From positions 620,001 to 671,778 of the forward strand of contig QPGO01000025.1 in the NCBI GenBank assembly GCA_008632985.1: a stretch of DNA of 51,778 nt. Reading direction: 5' to 3'. A program made the position numbers and the translations under genes. Below are positions 36,228-47,369 of the stretch, piece after piece (the first letter of the stretch is position 1; every line of letters begins with the position of its first letter). The notes below the pieces were generated by a model that saw only the letters and a list, made by a program, of their open reading frames with translations, did not search any database and was not told where the DNA came from. Source of the DNA: Psammoneis japonica (Eukaryota).

Positions 36228-38386
36228 CAGCAGTAAAGCCGTTAGAGGTTTGTCTGCTTTTTTTAATTAGGTATGGTTGTCTAACAAACAAACACTGTAG
36301 CATCGGATGCTTTGGCGGGCCGGCATTTTTAACTTTGTGACCTGCGCGGCTAAGTAGCAGGCCCTGCGAGTGCTAGCTCTAGAGAGTAGAGAGGAGTACG
36401 TCGGGCTCTAACGCAGCGAGTGCCTCTCCCATCATGGCTGGGAGCGGCAAGCGAGGACACCGGTAGAAATAAATGCTACGGCAGGTAGACTAGCTCTAGC
36501 TGCACGCAGTTCTGGCGGTCTGCACGTCTGTCATCAAGTCGCTTCAAGAGGTTGTGCTTGCAGTGGAGATGTTCTCCGTTGACACTCGGTCACGACCCTT
36601 GTTTTTTAATCTGGGTGAGAGAAGGTTGATTGTTCCTTGCTTTGTTGCAGGCTCTGTTTATTCTGAGACAAGAAGGTGAGACCAGTGGAATTTGCTCCCT
36701 TTGTCAGAGAGTTGCATGTGACTTGTTCTTGCAGCTGGTGTTGTGTGTGGCAACGTCATTGTGATGTGGGCAGAAAGCAGCTGGCCTGATGGCTGTGACC
36801 AAATGGTGTGGAGAGAACACAAGCACGCAGCCATGTGACATGGAACTTTCTAGAGCAAACATGGACTTGGGTGGCCTCTCTGGTTCGCGCACTTTGCCCG
36901 TGCATTGGGTGGGTGCTGCGCGGGCGGCACACGGTCTCGCCACCAGCCATCCCATTGCATCAGTCAGCCATGCAACCCTGTTTCTGCAGCACCTTTTCTG
37001 CATGGAATTTGCAGTGTGGGGAACATGCTGACTGTGCAAAAAAGTGCAAACATGTCCTCACAAATGTGTTTTGCTGAGCAGGTGCCAGTCATTTTTTTAA
37101 TCGGGTTTTTTCAACAGCTTGCTCACTTGTTGTTGCAGATGGCAGCAGCTGTGCCACCTGATGCTGACTTGGCATCAACTGCTTGCAGTGTGGGCTTGGT
37201 GGCTCAGCATGCATGGGTTGTCAACAATGAAAGATTCATTGCATCAGAGCCTCGGCATCCACCAGTGCTGACCATGCTGCCACGCAAGTGGCCACGCATC
37301 TTGCAGCTCATGCAAACAAAACAAGATGTGCTGGCCTTGGCACTGTTCAGATTGAAAGGATTCAGGTTTTGGCACCCCACTTTGGCCACAGCTCTTCTTG
37401 TTTTGCACTTGTGGCAAGAGAAGAGATTGGATGTTTTTCACTTTGTTGCAGGCTCTGTTTTTGTTCATCCAGAAAGACAGCATGAGACAACCAGTGGAAA
37501 AATCTGCTTGGAGGGTTGTGCACAACTGCTTGCAACCAGCAGACCTCCCAAGCTGGGAGTGGCTCATGACCAAAGTTGTGTTGTCCTGAGTGCAAGTGCA
37601 GCTGCAACAGCTGAGAGTTGGACAAAGAGGAAGACAGCTGCAGTGCAGTGGCAGTCAACAGGTCTGCGACAACTGTGAGATCATCAACCCAGAGTTCAAG
37701 CAATTGTTGGCATCAGATGCACTGGCTGCCCAAACACATGGTTGGCAGAGGCACACATGCACACATGTGCTCACATCAGCACACACACCTTGTTCACTGG
37801 ATCCTTTCAAACTTGTGCTGGTGGCTTCAGCAGGCATTTGCAGCAAAAGGTCAGATTGGGCAACTCAGCGCTGTCCAGCCCCACAGCTGGGATGCATTTG
37901 GGGTGAAAACCTTGTTCCTGCAAGAAGCCCATTTGACCCACCCTGTTGGAACATTCAGATCATGGGGATCCCAAGGAACCCAGATGCACTGATGGAAGAG
38001 CATCTTTGGTTGCTGACATCACATTTTGGTGACTGTTCTTTGAGGATTTTTCTCTGTTGTCAACCCCTCTTGATTGCGTTTTGATGTCACTCTTTTGAGT
38101 GATTCATCTGGCTCATCAATCTGTTTGATCTGTTGGTTTCAACAAGTGCCTGAGTTGTTGTCATTGCAAGTTTGAAGTTGCAACACAGTGAACTTCCAGG
38201 CAAACCACAGCCAACCAAGCAGCCAGGGCAAGCATGACAAGCAGCACAGGAAGCTTTGTAAGATTCCCTTTTGGCAGCATTAACTTGCCAGTTCAACATT
38301 TTCACTCAGAAGAATCATTGGTGCCATTGGAAGGCTTGTCACCCACTGAGCTGCCATCAAGCAAAGACTGCACAGCTGCACAATGA

Positions 38387-41300
38387 GTGGCAGAGGAAGA
38401 GGTTCAGGTGGAAGAGACCAAGGAAGAGGAAGTGGCTGAGGCAGAAGTGACAGGAGTCACAGGTCAGATCAGAAGAAGATTGCCTTTTAACAAAACAAGC
38501 TTTCAGCCTGAGATGATCCACCCTTCATTGCTGAACAGCAATTCTTGTGATGCAACATTTGAAGAGGACATTGATGAGAAGCTTGAGCACTTGACACAGA
38601 AAAAATGCAAGCAAGGTGTCCACCTGACAAAGTCCATGGAGGAGAAAATGGAGTGCATGGATTTTAGCTCTGAGAAGCCCACATTGAAGAGCTTGTCAAT
38701 TGCCCAACCAAAAGACAACCGCAAGATGGCCAAGAAAGAGCAAGAAGAAAAAGCACTCAAGTGCAAGCACAGAGTTGAGCTCAGTGACTGCCACAGATGG
38801 TTGAAACAGCTCAAAGAGTGCAAGACTGCCACAGTTGCCAAGATTTTAGACAACTCCTGCACCAAGCAACACAATCAGTCCCTGACATTGAACTCCATGA
38901 GAGGTTGACATCTGTTCCACATGCTCACTGAGGCCATGAAGAACATCCTGCAAGTGAGACAGCAAGAGAATGAGTCATCAAATGACTGTCTGTCAGGGTT
39001 CAAAATCAATGAGATGCCACAAGAGAGGTGCTGGGAAAGGAGATGCTAAATGAATTCATTTCCAATGCTGCAGAATTCAAAGATGCCAGCACAAGCAAAC
39101 AAGACAAAATGAAGGATGCAACATTTGACACATGGATGACTCACCTGTTCATAGATGACAGTGACAACTGCTGTCACAAGAGCCTGAAAAAGAGCTTTGT
39201 GAGAGACTGCAGTCTCAGACGGAATGTGCACCCAAAGACTCTAGACAGGGTGTGATGGATGTGCCGCTGAACCGTCCATTGGACAATGACCCCAAGAACC
39301 ACCACAAGAGAAGAAGAACAACAAATGAAGAGATGAGAAGGGCAACGATGATGAGAGCAGCAGGTCTGACAATGCAAAGGACCAGGGTCATGCCCAGAAG
39401 AGCAGCAACAGTGACACAACGTCATGCCACTGCTGTGGTGAACCAAATCCCAGTCCCCCAATGCAAGCACAAGAACAACATTGCGTTCAATGACTGGTTC
39501 AAGAACACTGGAAGAAAACCAGGTGCCAGGAGGGCAGAGCCATGCACAAGCTTGAGGTGGCAATGAAGACCACTCATTGGTTGGAAGCAATGACACAAGC
39601 ACTGACACCACCAGATCTACCCAGTCAACATGTTCCACCCAAAGCAGAGGAACAGTGGACTGGATCACAGCTGGTTGATGTCAAACCAGACATGAGCACA
39701 AGCCAAGCTGACACAGGCATCAAGGGCAACAAAATTGTCCTTGACAATGGTTCAACCCTCAGCATGGCAGCAAGCTGGAAGTTGGTGCACAACATGCAAC
39801 TGGCAAAGACCAAGATTGATTTGTCCATGAATGCAGGAGTGGATGCCCTGGACAAGGACTGTGCCATGTGTGGATGGGGGGGGNGGGGGGGGGGTGCATG
39901 AAGCTCAGATCAAAGGATGCAACAGCAAATGTCCTGAGTCTAAAGGATGTGACAAGCAGACACTGTGCAACATGCAACAACAGAGTGCCAGATGAGCTCT
40001 GGCTGCTGAACAAGAAGACTGGCAAACAAGAAGCAGAGTTCAAGGTCATTGACATTAGACTGCATGCACTCATGCTGAGCCAGCAATTCTTTGACTGCAT
40101 CAAAGGACTCCAAGAGAATGAGTCACATGCAAGCATGTTGTCAAAGAAGAAGACAAAAAAGAAGCAAAAACATGGCACAAAGTGCAGGAGCGCATCCAGA
40201 ACTGTGGCTCTGACTGTGGAACAGAACTCCAAGGGCTGCTCCAAGAGGGAGGCAGCAAATGCCAAGTGAGTGTTCAGGCTGTGTTGCAAGGCTGAAACAC
40301 CCAGTGCAAGAGAGTTCAAATGATTTTTGCACACTCTGATCAGGTGAAGAATCTGTCCATTGCACCAGACGATGTTGACAGAATGGTGGCCATTTGGGGT
40401 CCACCTGTTGACATGTTGAAGGGCAAGACCAAGTGTGCGCATCTTTCCCATGAGAGGAACAACATGACAGCCATCCCACCTGAGATTTGTGAGAAGTAAA
40501 GAGAAGGCATGATCCTCTGCATTGACATCATGGAAGCATGCAGAGCCAAGCCACAGCACACAATTGACATGACAATCAAGTGCCAATCAAATGAGAGACT
40601 GATGAAGCACAATGAGCATGCTGATGTGTGCATCACACTGGACATGACTCTCTGACAGCACAACATGGCACTGTTCAAGATTGGCTCTGTTGAGAGTGAT
40701 CACAAATTCAAGGCTGTGCTGGCCAAAGCAGCAGATGGCATGAGTTTGGAATTGCTGGATGTCAACACTGGCAACCATGTTCTAGAAGTGAGGTGGAGCA
40801 TTGAGACCATCAAGGAGTGAACCTGCACCACTGCACACCACCCGCCATGCAAAATGACACCCAAGGTGATGTGCAAGCATGTTGTGATCAAGAATGCTGT
40901 CATGTCAAACATGCACCCACAGAAGGAGGGGTTCTCCAATGCATGCAGTCCATGCACCATCATGCAGCAAAGGAACCTCAACTGCAACAAGCCCTTTGAG
41001 TTTAAATTTGGAAATTGAGAACAACCCTGCCAGTGCAATGGACACATGCAGTGTTGACAGCGTGCATCTGCAACCATGGTTTGCTTGCCCAAGGGTTGTC
41101 ACTACACTGTGAACCTGCACACAGCAAAGCTTCTGAACCCCCTCCCCCCATGAGTGCACCACAGCCCCACTGACTGAAACACACATCCAAACAGCCAAGA
41201 AGATGGCATCCTCCCAAGGCATTGAAGACTTCAAGTTCACAGGGAAGTGCAGTTATGATCTCTGTGATGCTGGTTGGAGCAACTGCAGGAGTGGGCAATG

Positions 41301-43430
41301 AAGGCAACAGCAAAGACAGTGACAGCAACAGCAAAAGCAAAGGCAAAAAATGCACAAGATGAAAGTGACACGAAAGTTGTCACTGATGAAAAGTCAGATG
41401 ACAAGGAATGCAAAAATGACTCAGATGAAGAGTGCAAAAAAGCAAATGATGCATTGGCTCCTGACAAAAGTTTCAGCCCCATTCACCAACAGAAAAACCA
41501 AGTGTCAGATGAAAAAGACTGCAAAGAACAAGATGGAAGACAAGGGATGGTGATGATCTGCCAGAAGATGACACAGAACCCCAAGAAGATGCTGGGTGGG
41601 ATGCCAGGATGCACAACACAAGGTGGAAAGTGCTTCAACACCACACCATGGGTCAGAGCACCCACCAAGAGACAATCCAAGAGCAAGACAGTTTGATTTG
41701 CAGGAGTGCTGGGAAGCACACCAAAGAGAAGCACAAGCAAAACATCATTGAGTGCTGTCACCACTTGTGAGCCAATGTGAGCCAAATTTGGAGGATGACA
41801 TTGAGTGCAACGTGCAAGCCAGAAAGTTCATTGCACAATTTGTGTGTGAGATCAATGACCAAGTGCAAGCAAGGAAGGATGTTTCCTTTGCCCAGAAACA
41901 CCTGCCACTCAAGGGCCTCAAAGCATTTGGCCAGAAGGGGCATGGTGCCTCAGCAAAGGAAGTTGAACAACTGCACAACCAAGTGTGCTTTGCACCAACA
42001 TCAGCAGAGGACATGACTCTGAGCAAAAGGCCCAAAGCCATGACAGCCTTGGTGCTCCTGACAAAAAAACAAGATTGTCGAATGATGGGTGCACACGATT
42101 TACAATGGGAAATCAACCAGAGAATGGCTTGACAAGAATCAGTCAGCAGCCCAATGGCATCATTGGAAGGAGTGCCAATGACAGCCATTGTCAATGCCAC
42201 AGAAGAGCATGACACAATGAGCACACATGCTCTGAGTGCATTCACTCAGATGTTGATGCCAGAGCCTGAGCAAGGTGAGGACCGGATCACAGTGAAGATC
42301 AGGAGCATTGGCAGACATGTTGGTGAACATCAATCCCAACCTGTGCTGACCACATGTGGTCATGGAAAAGAGGAAGAGAGTCCTCTGCACCCAAGTCATC
42401 AGCGCTGTTCATGGTGTGTTGGTTGCAGCTCCATTGTGGCATGAGAAATTTTGCAAAGACTTGAGAAGATTGGTTTGAATTCAACCTGCACAATCCATGC
42501 ATTGCCAACTGGCAAACAGTCAATGTGGCGAGCAGCACACAATGCATTTCCATGTGGACAACCTGATGTTGAGCCACATCAACCAAAAAGTGAAGAACAA
42601 TGAGTTCCCAAGCTGGCTGAACAAGATGTGCAGAAGTCATGGCAAGGTCATGGCAACCCAAGGGGAAAAGCATGACTGCATTGGAATGCCCCTGGATTGC
42701 ACTGCTGAGGGCAAGGTGAAGGGGGCAGGTTGACATGATCAAGCACTTGCAAAAGATGATTGATGAGTTCCTGCAAAGGATCAAGAGTGTGGATGTCATG
42801 ATGACACCAGCAGGACACAACATGTTTGATGCCAGTGGCACGAGGCAGCCAACCAAGAAAGCAGAGACATTCCACACATGGGTGGCCAAAGGACCATTTG
42901 CTTCCAAGAAAGGCCACATGGATGTGGCCACCCACTGTTGCAGCATTGTGCATGAGAGTCAGAGAGCCCGCCAACAAGGATTGGGGAAGTTGGTCCATTG
43001 TGTCAAGCACCTGAACTGGATGCCCAATGACGTTGCTGCTCTGAGTGCAGAGATGACCTCCCAGCAACAAAGTGGTGCATGGATGCATTGTTTGCTGTGC
43101 ACCCAGAATTTACAATCCACTCAGGAGGAGCCATGACAATGGGCAATGGAGCAGTTCAAGCCATGTTGAGGAGGCAGAAGCTCAACACCCAAAGCAGTGC
43201 TGAAGCTGAGCTCATTGAGTTGATGATGCAATGACCATGATCCCATGGATGAAGCCATTCATGGAGCACCAGGGGCACCCACTTGACAACAATGTCCTGC
43301 ATCATGACAACAAGACTGCCACTCGGCATTTCTTTGTTGCCAATCAGACTGAAAAGGGCAACCTTAGAGTGCAGCATTGCCCAACCAACAACATGTTGCA
43401 AGAAGACTTCATGACAAAGCCATGGAAAAA
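38387..43430 (+). mobile_element. Degenerate Ty1/Copia (CoDi-like) LTR retrotransposon internal region (gag-PR-IN-RT-RH)
   Basis: Protease IVLDNGSTLS; integrase-like NHVLEVRWSIETIKE; RT LKGLKAFGQKG...EVEQLH, FHVDNLMLSH...HDCIGMPLDC; RNase H QKLNTQSSAEAELI, LHHDNK, RHFFVANQ...QHCPTNNM.EDFMTKP. Domain order PR-IN-RT-RH matches Copia. LTRs not resolved. Confidence 0.88.
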
Positions 43431-43439
43431 TTGGTCATT

Positions 43440-45050
43440 CCATGCCAGAGTGAAACTCAGACCACTGGCAGCACTTGGCAAAGCTGATGCTGTGCTCTCA
43501 ACAGAGCTCAGTTCAGCATCAACATCAAGCACCATTGCAGACCTTCAGCAAGGCTCCAAGCACACAAAAACAATGCCATCTCCTGATGCAGTCCAGTGCT
43601 CAACTTCCTTGGGCAAGCTTCCCAGCTCAGGCCAGCAGCCTGAGCTCAGAGGCAAGAAAGCTTCTGTTCCAAGGAACTTTCTGGCTTTCTTCAGCTCAAC
43701 TTGAACATCTGCAACTGGCCTCTTGACACACAAGGTGCAGGGCATTGCCTGGTGTGTCTTGCTGCTGCCCAAGTCTGACAGAGCTGTGTGCCATGCAAAC
43801 ATGCAATCCTCAACTGCCTTTGGGTCATGTGATGGATGCATGAAAGGTCATCTGCACACAGCTGCATGATGCTGCATCCAACAGTGCTTGAAGCCACCTG
43901 GCTTTGTTGCCTTCTTTAAAACCCAGATTCCTTGATCTGCCATGTGTGGCTCAAAACTGGTGGTGTTGTGAAGAGCAGCTTGTCAACTGTCTTAAACTCT
44001 GTTTCCCAAGCTCCAGGTGTGCATCAAGTGTGGCAATTCTTCTCAGTGGGCACTCAGACATGCTCCAAGCACTGATGCTCAGAACATCCAAGTCATTTGC
44101 AGTGGCAGCAGCAGCAAGCACAATCCTTCTTGTGCTGTCATGTGGCACAACACCTGAGCAAGGGGTGGACTCCTTTGGTGGATCATTTTGATGCCCTCCA
44201 GCAATGAACCACGCTTTGTGCTGAAACTCACTTCTGACATCAAGTGCTGTGCAACAATTGATGACATGCTGCTTCCACCCCCCAACTGGCACCATGTTGC
44301 CATTGGAAAACTCAAAGGCTGCCGTTGAATGTTGTGCTTTCTTTTCATTGGCCTTCATCCAACAATCAGCCCCTGTGCTGGCACCAACCTTGCAAAAGTG
44401 CTCTTGACACCTTTGGGAGCTCAACTTGAGAACTTGTGTGTGCTTTTTCACTTTCATCAGGGTCTGGGTGTGGCATCTTGCAATGCCATGCACCCAGCAA
44501 TTGAATGCTGGCACCCTTGCCATCTTGTTTGGAACAGCAAGCTTGGCAATCTCAGCTGGATTTGACTCGGTTGTTCAGGTTTGACAAAGGTGCTGACAAA
44601 GTTGTGCCACCTCTCTGCCACCACCCCTCAGATGAAAAGGCCATCCAGTGGTGGCAGTCTTCCTTGGAACCTTCTGTTGCCATGTTCAGCATTGATGTGC
44701 TCATCATCAGCATTGACAGCACAGCCCAAGTGCTGCATCAGCAACCCATGATCTCCTTCATGATCTGACAAATGTTTTGCCTTTGGCCAGCTTGGGTTTT
44801 CCATCTGACACCAAGGATTGGGGCACATGCTGACTCTGCAAATGTGGGCCACAACCACTTCCAGCAGACAATGCTCTTTTGATTTCCAAAGGTGGAAATG
44901 ATCATGACCACCATGTCCATCAGCAAAAATGCCACAAGAACAAGTCTTCTTGCCACAAATTGATTTGACCTTAAAACATGTTTGGTTGTTGGCTTGAGAG
45001 CATCAGATCAAGCTCTTCAAGTGTTGTCCCCTGCCTCAGATCAGCAATCA
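43440..45050 (-). mobile_element. Second degenerate Copia (different CoDi-like lineage), partial IN-RT, convergent with the first
   Basis: PAFNCWV...AFEFSNGNMVPVG...DVRSEFQHKAWFIAGGHQNDPPKEST..GVV..DS..I...ANDLDVL; RT catalytic remnant LCADDLSCI / SHDPKAV. Confidence 0.8.
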
Positions 45051-47369
45051 CAGCAAAACCTTGCACAGGAGCAGTGCAGCTCCACATGTGAAGCCATTGT
45101 GTCCACAACAAGTTGAAAAAGCTGTGAAGGCATTAGAGCCCAGTTGCTTGAGCAACTCATGTGTTTGCCAACAATCACAATGCAATGCTTGTTGCAAAAA
45201 ATGACCAGCCAGCAAGGCACCATTGCGCCAGCACCAGTGCCCATTCCAGGCTTCCAAGCAGGTTGTCCATGCACCAAGGTCAACAGCTCTGATGAAGTGA
45301 GCAAGCATGGCTGGCTCAGCTGAGAATCAGACAAAAAGAAGTCCTGCAGAGAGCAGTGCAGCACAACAACAAACAGGTTCTGCATTGTGCAGCTGTGGCA
45401 GTGGCTGCCAATCTGGTTGGACCAGCTGTTGGCTGCAAATGTGCACATTGCGCAAACACAGCTGGCATGCTTTCACACACACAAGTGTTTGTGTCAAGTG
45501 CACATGCACTTGCTCATTCCAACAAGGGAGCCATCCACAACTGCCACCCAAATGAGTTGTTTCACCAAATTTTGGAAAAGGCTTTGTGCTCCTGCTTGGG
45601 AAAAGATGCAAAATGGTGGTGCCACAGGCATGCAAAGACTTTGTTGCACCAAAGATGAAACAAGTTGCTGCCCTTGTTGGCAGCAAATGTGAGGTGTTTA
45701 AAACTTGCAACCTGAGCTTTCTTGGCTTGTGTCAAAGAGTTAACATGAGAGGCAGGAGGCCCGCTTTGGCACCATGTCAATGTGCAGATTAACTCACAGG
45801 CTTTTACATCCCTCCACTTCTGTGTGACTTTTTAGCATCTTAAGACCCACCCGCCAAGGCATTGTGGCCATGTCTTTTTGTGCAAAGTGCATGTGCAGTG
45901 CCAAAGTTTGAGTGCCATGCTGTGGAGCCATCACATGCTCATAGATCAAGATGTCAAAGTGTGCATTTTAAGTTTGTGCCTGAGAGCAGAAAGCACCCAG
46001 CCGGGAAAAAATCCCACCCTGCAGGGCTCTTTTTTTCATCGCAGGGTGCCCAGCAAGTGATGAGCACCTGCATCACATGCAGAATCCTGTGTGCACTGGC
46101 AGCCCTTTGGCTGCAGCTCTCTGACAGCTTAAAAAACACAAACAAACAAACAAACAAACACAATGAAGACAGCCATGAGCTGCTCTTCTCATGCCTCTTC
46201 TGGCAGTGAGATTGGCCTCTGCACTGGATGAAGACAGCAGTGCTGTCTGCCTGACATCTTCCAAAGAAGTGCCCACTGCTGGCACAAGCACAAGCAACAA
46301 GTGGTGGCAACAGAGCTGCTGTTGTCCCCAAGGTTGTCACACCATCAATGAAGGGTGTTCTTGATGCCACTGCATCAAAAGATGCTGGAGCATGGGCAGC
46401 TCCAAAGCTGCATTGGTGGGCTTCTTGCATGCCAAGTTGGCGCCCATTTTTGTCAAAAACAAAAGAGCCACTGCACACTGCATTTCTGTGAGTTTGTGCT
46501 TCAGTTTCCAGGCCTTTGAAAAGGCAGCTGGTGAGCATTGTTGTCATGCCTGAATTTGCACTTGTTTGTGTTTTTCCAGTGCCAAAATCCAACTTGTCAT
46601 GAGGTCTCAAGTTGCAATCTGGTGCACTTCAAAGGAGAGAGTGGTGTTTCACAGAAGATTGAAAATGACACTTCTTGCTCTGCAGAGCTGCACAATGAAC
46701 CCAACTCACAAGAGCCAACATCACCAGAAATGCATGAGACTGAAAAAGGAGTGGAAAACAGAGTGGAGTTGCTCAAGCACTTTTGAGTCTCCAGCTCAAA
46801 GGCACCCTTCAAGACAAAAAGGTGCAGCTTGGATGCAGCACAAATGTTGCAGCATGGACCAAGTTCTGATCCATCTGAACATGAACCACAAGGGCACATT
46901 GCATGTGCGCTCAAAATCAAAACTAAAACCCACAATCTCAAACTGTTTACAGGCTCTCAAATTGGCTGCCTGAGCCCATGTCTCACATTCCTGTGTCACT
47001 TCTTGTCAGTTTCAAAGATGCGCTCTGTCTCTTCAAAATCACAACAGTCAAGTCCTTCCCTGCTGAGGGCTTTGATTGTTCGCTCATTGAACTCCATGTT
47101 GGTCCCACGCTTTGTTACAACAAGAGCTTGTTCGAGAAATGGCGGCTTCATGGTTTTATTTTATGCGCGACTAATTTGTTAGTCGACAGTGCCCCGGCTA
47201 GGGCCCTAAGTTATTTCCAATCCCAACTGGGAGGTCTTGGTTATTTCTTGCTGTTCCGCCTGCCTGCTGTCGTCTCGCAAGCCAAATCAATGTCACTGAA
47301 GCTTTGGTTTGAGGGGACCAAGAAGTGCTGTAGCAGCATCACATAACAGGAACAAAAATTGACACTCAA

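Larger units (their letters stand above)
36510..47150. mobile_element. TpA/CpG-depleted nested TE block of about 10.6 kb
   Basis: Composition switches sharply at both ends; contains two recognisable Copia remnants. Confidence 0.85.

Noticed and set aside
36639..37500. Short direct repeat ctttgttgcaggctctgttt...accagtggaa at about 36640 and 37441 as a possible LTR
   Set aside because: Too short, and no matching copy was found downstream of the Copia internal region.
39875..39895. Poly-G run containing an N inside the Copia element
   Set aside because: Probably an assembly gap or low-quality join.
36700..47150. Many long overlapping Cys/His-rich ORFs on both strands in the TA-free blocks (also at 1-1.9, 17-21, 25.2-27.1 and 50.2-51.4 kb)
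   Set aside because: Loss of TA removes TAA/TAG stops and Tyr codons, which creates spurious ORFs. They are not genes or metal-binding proteins.
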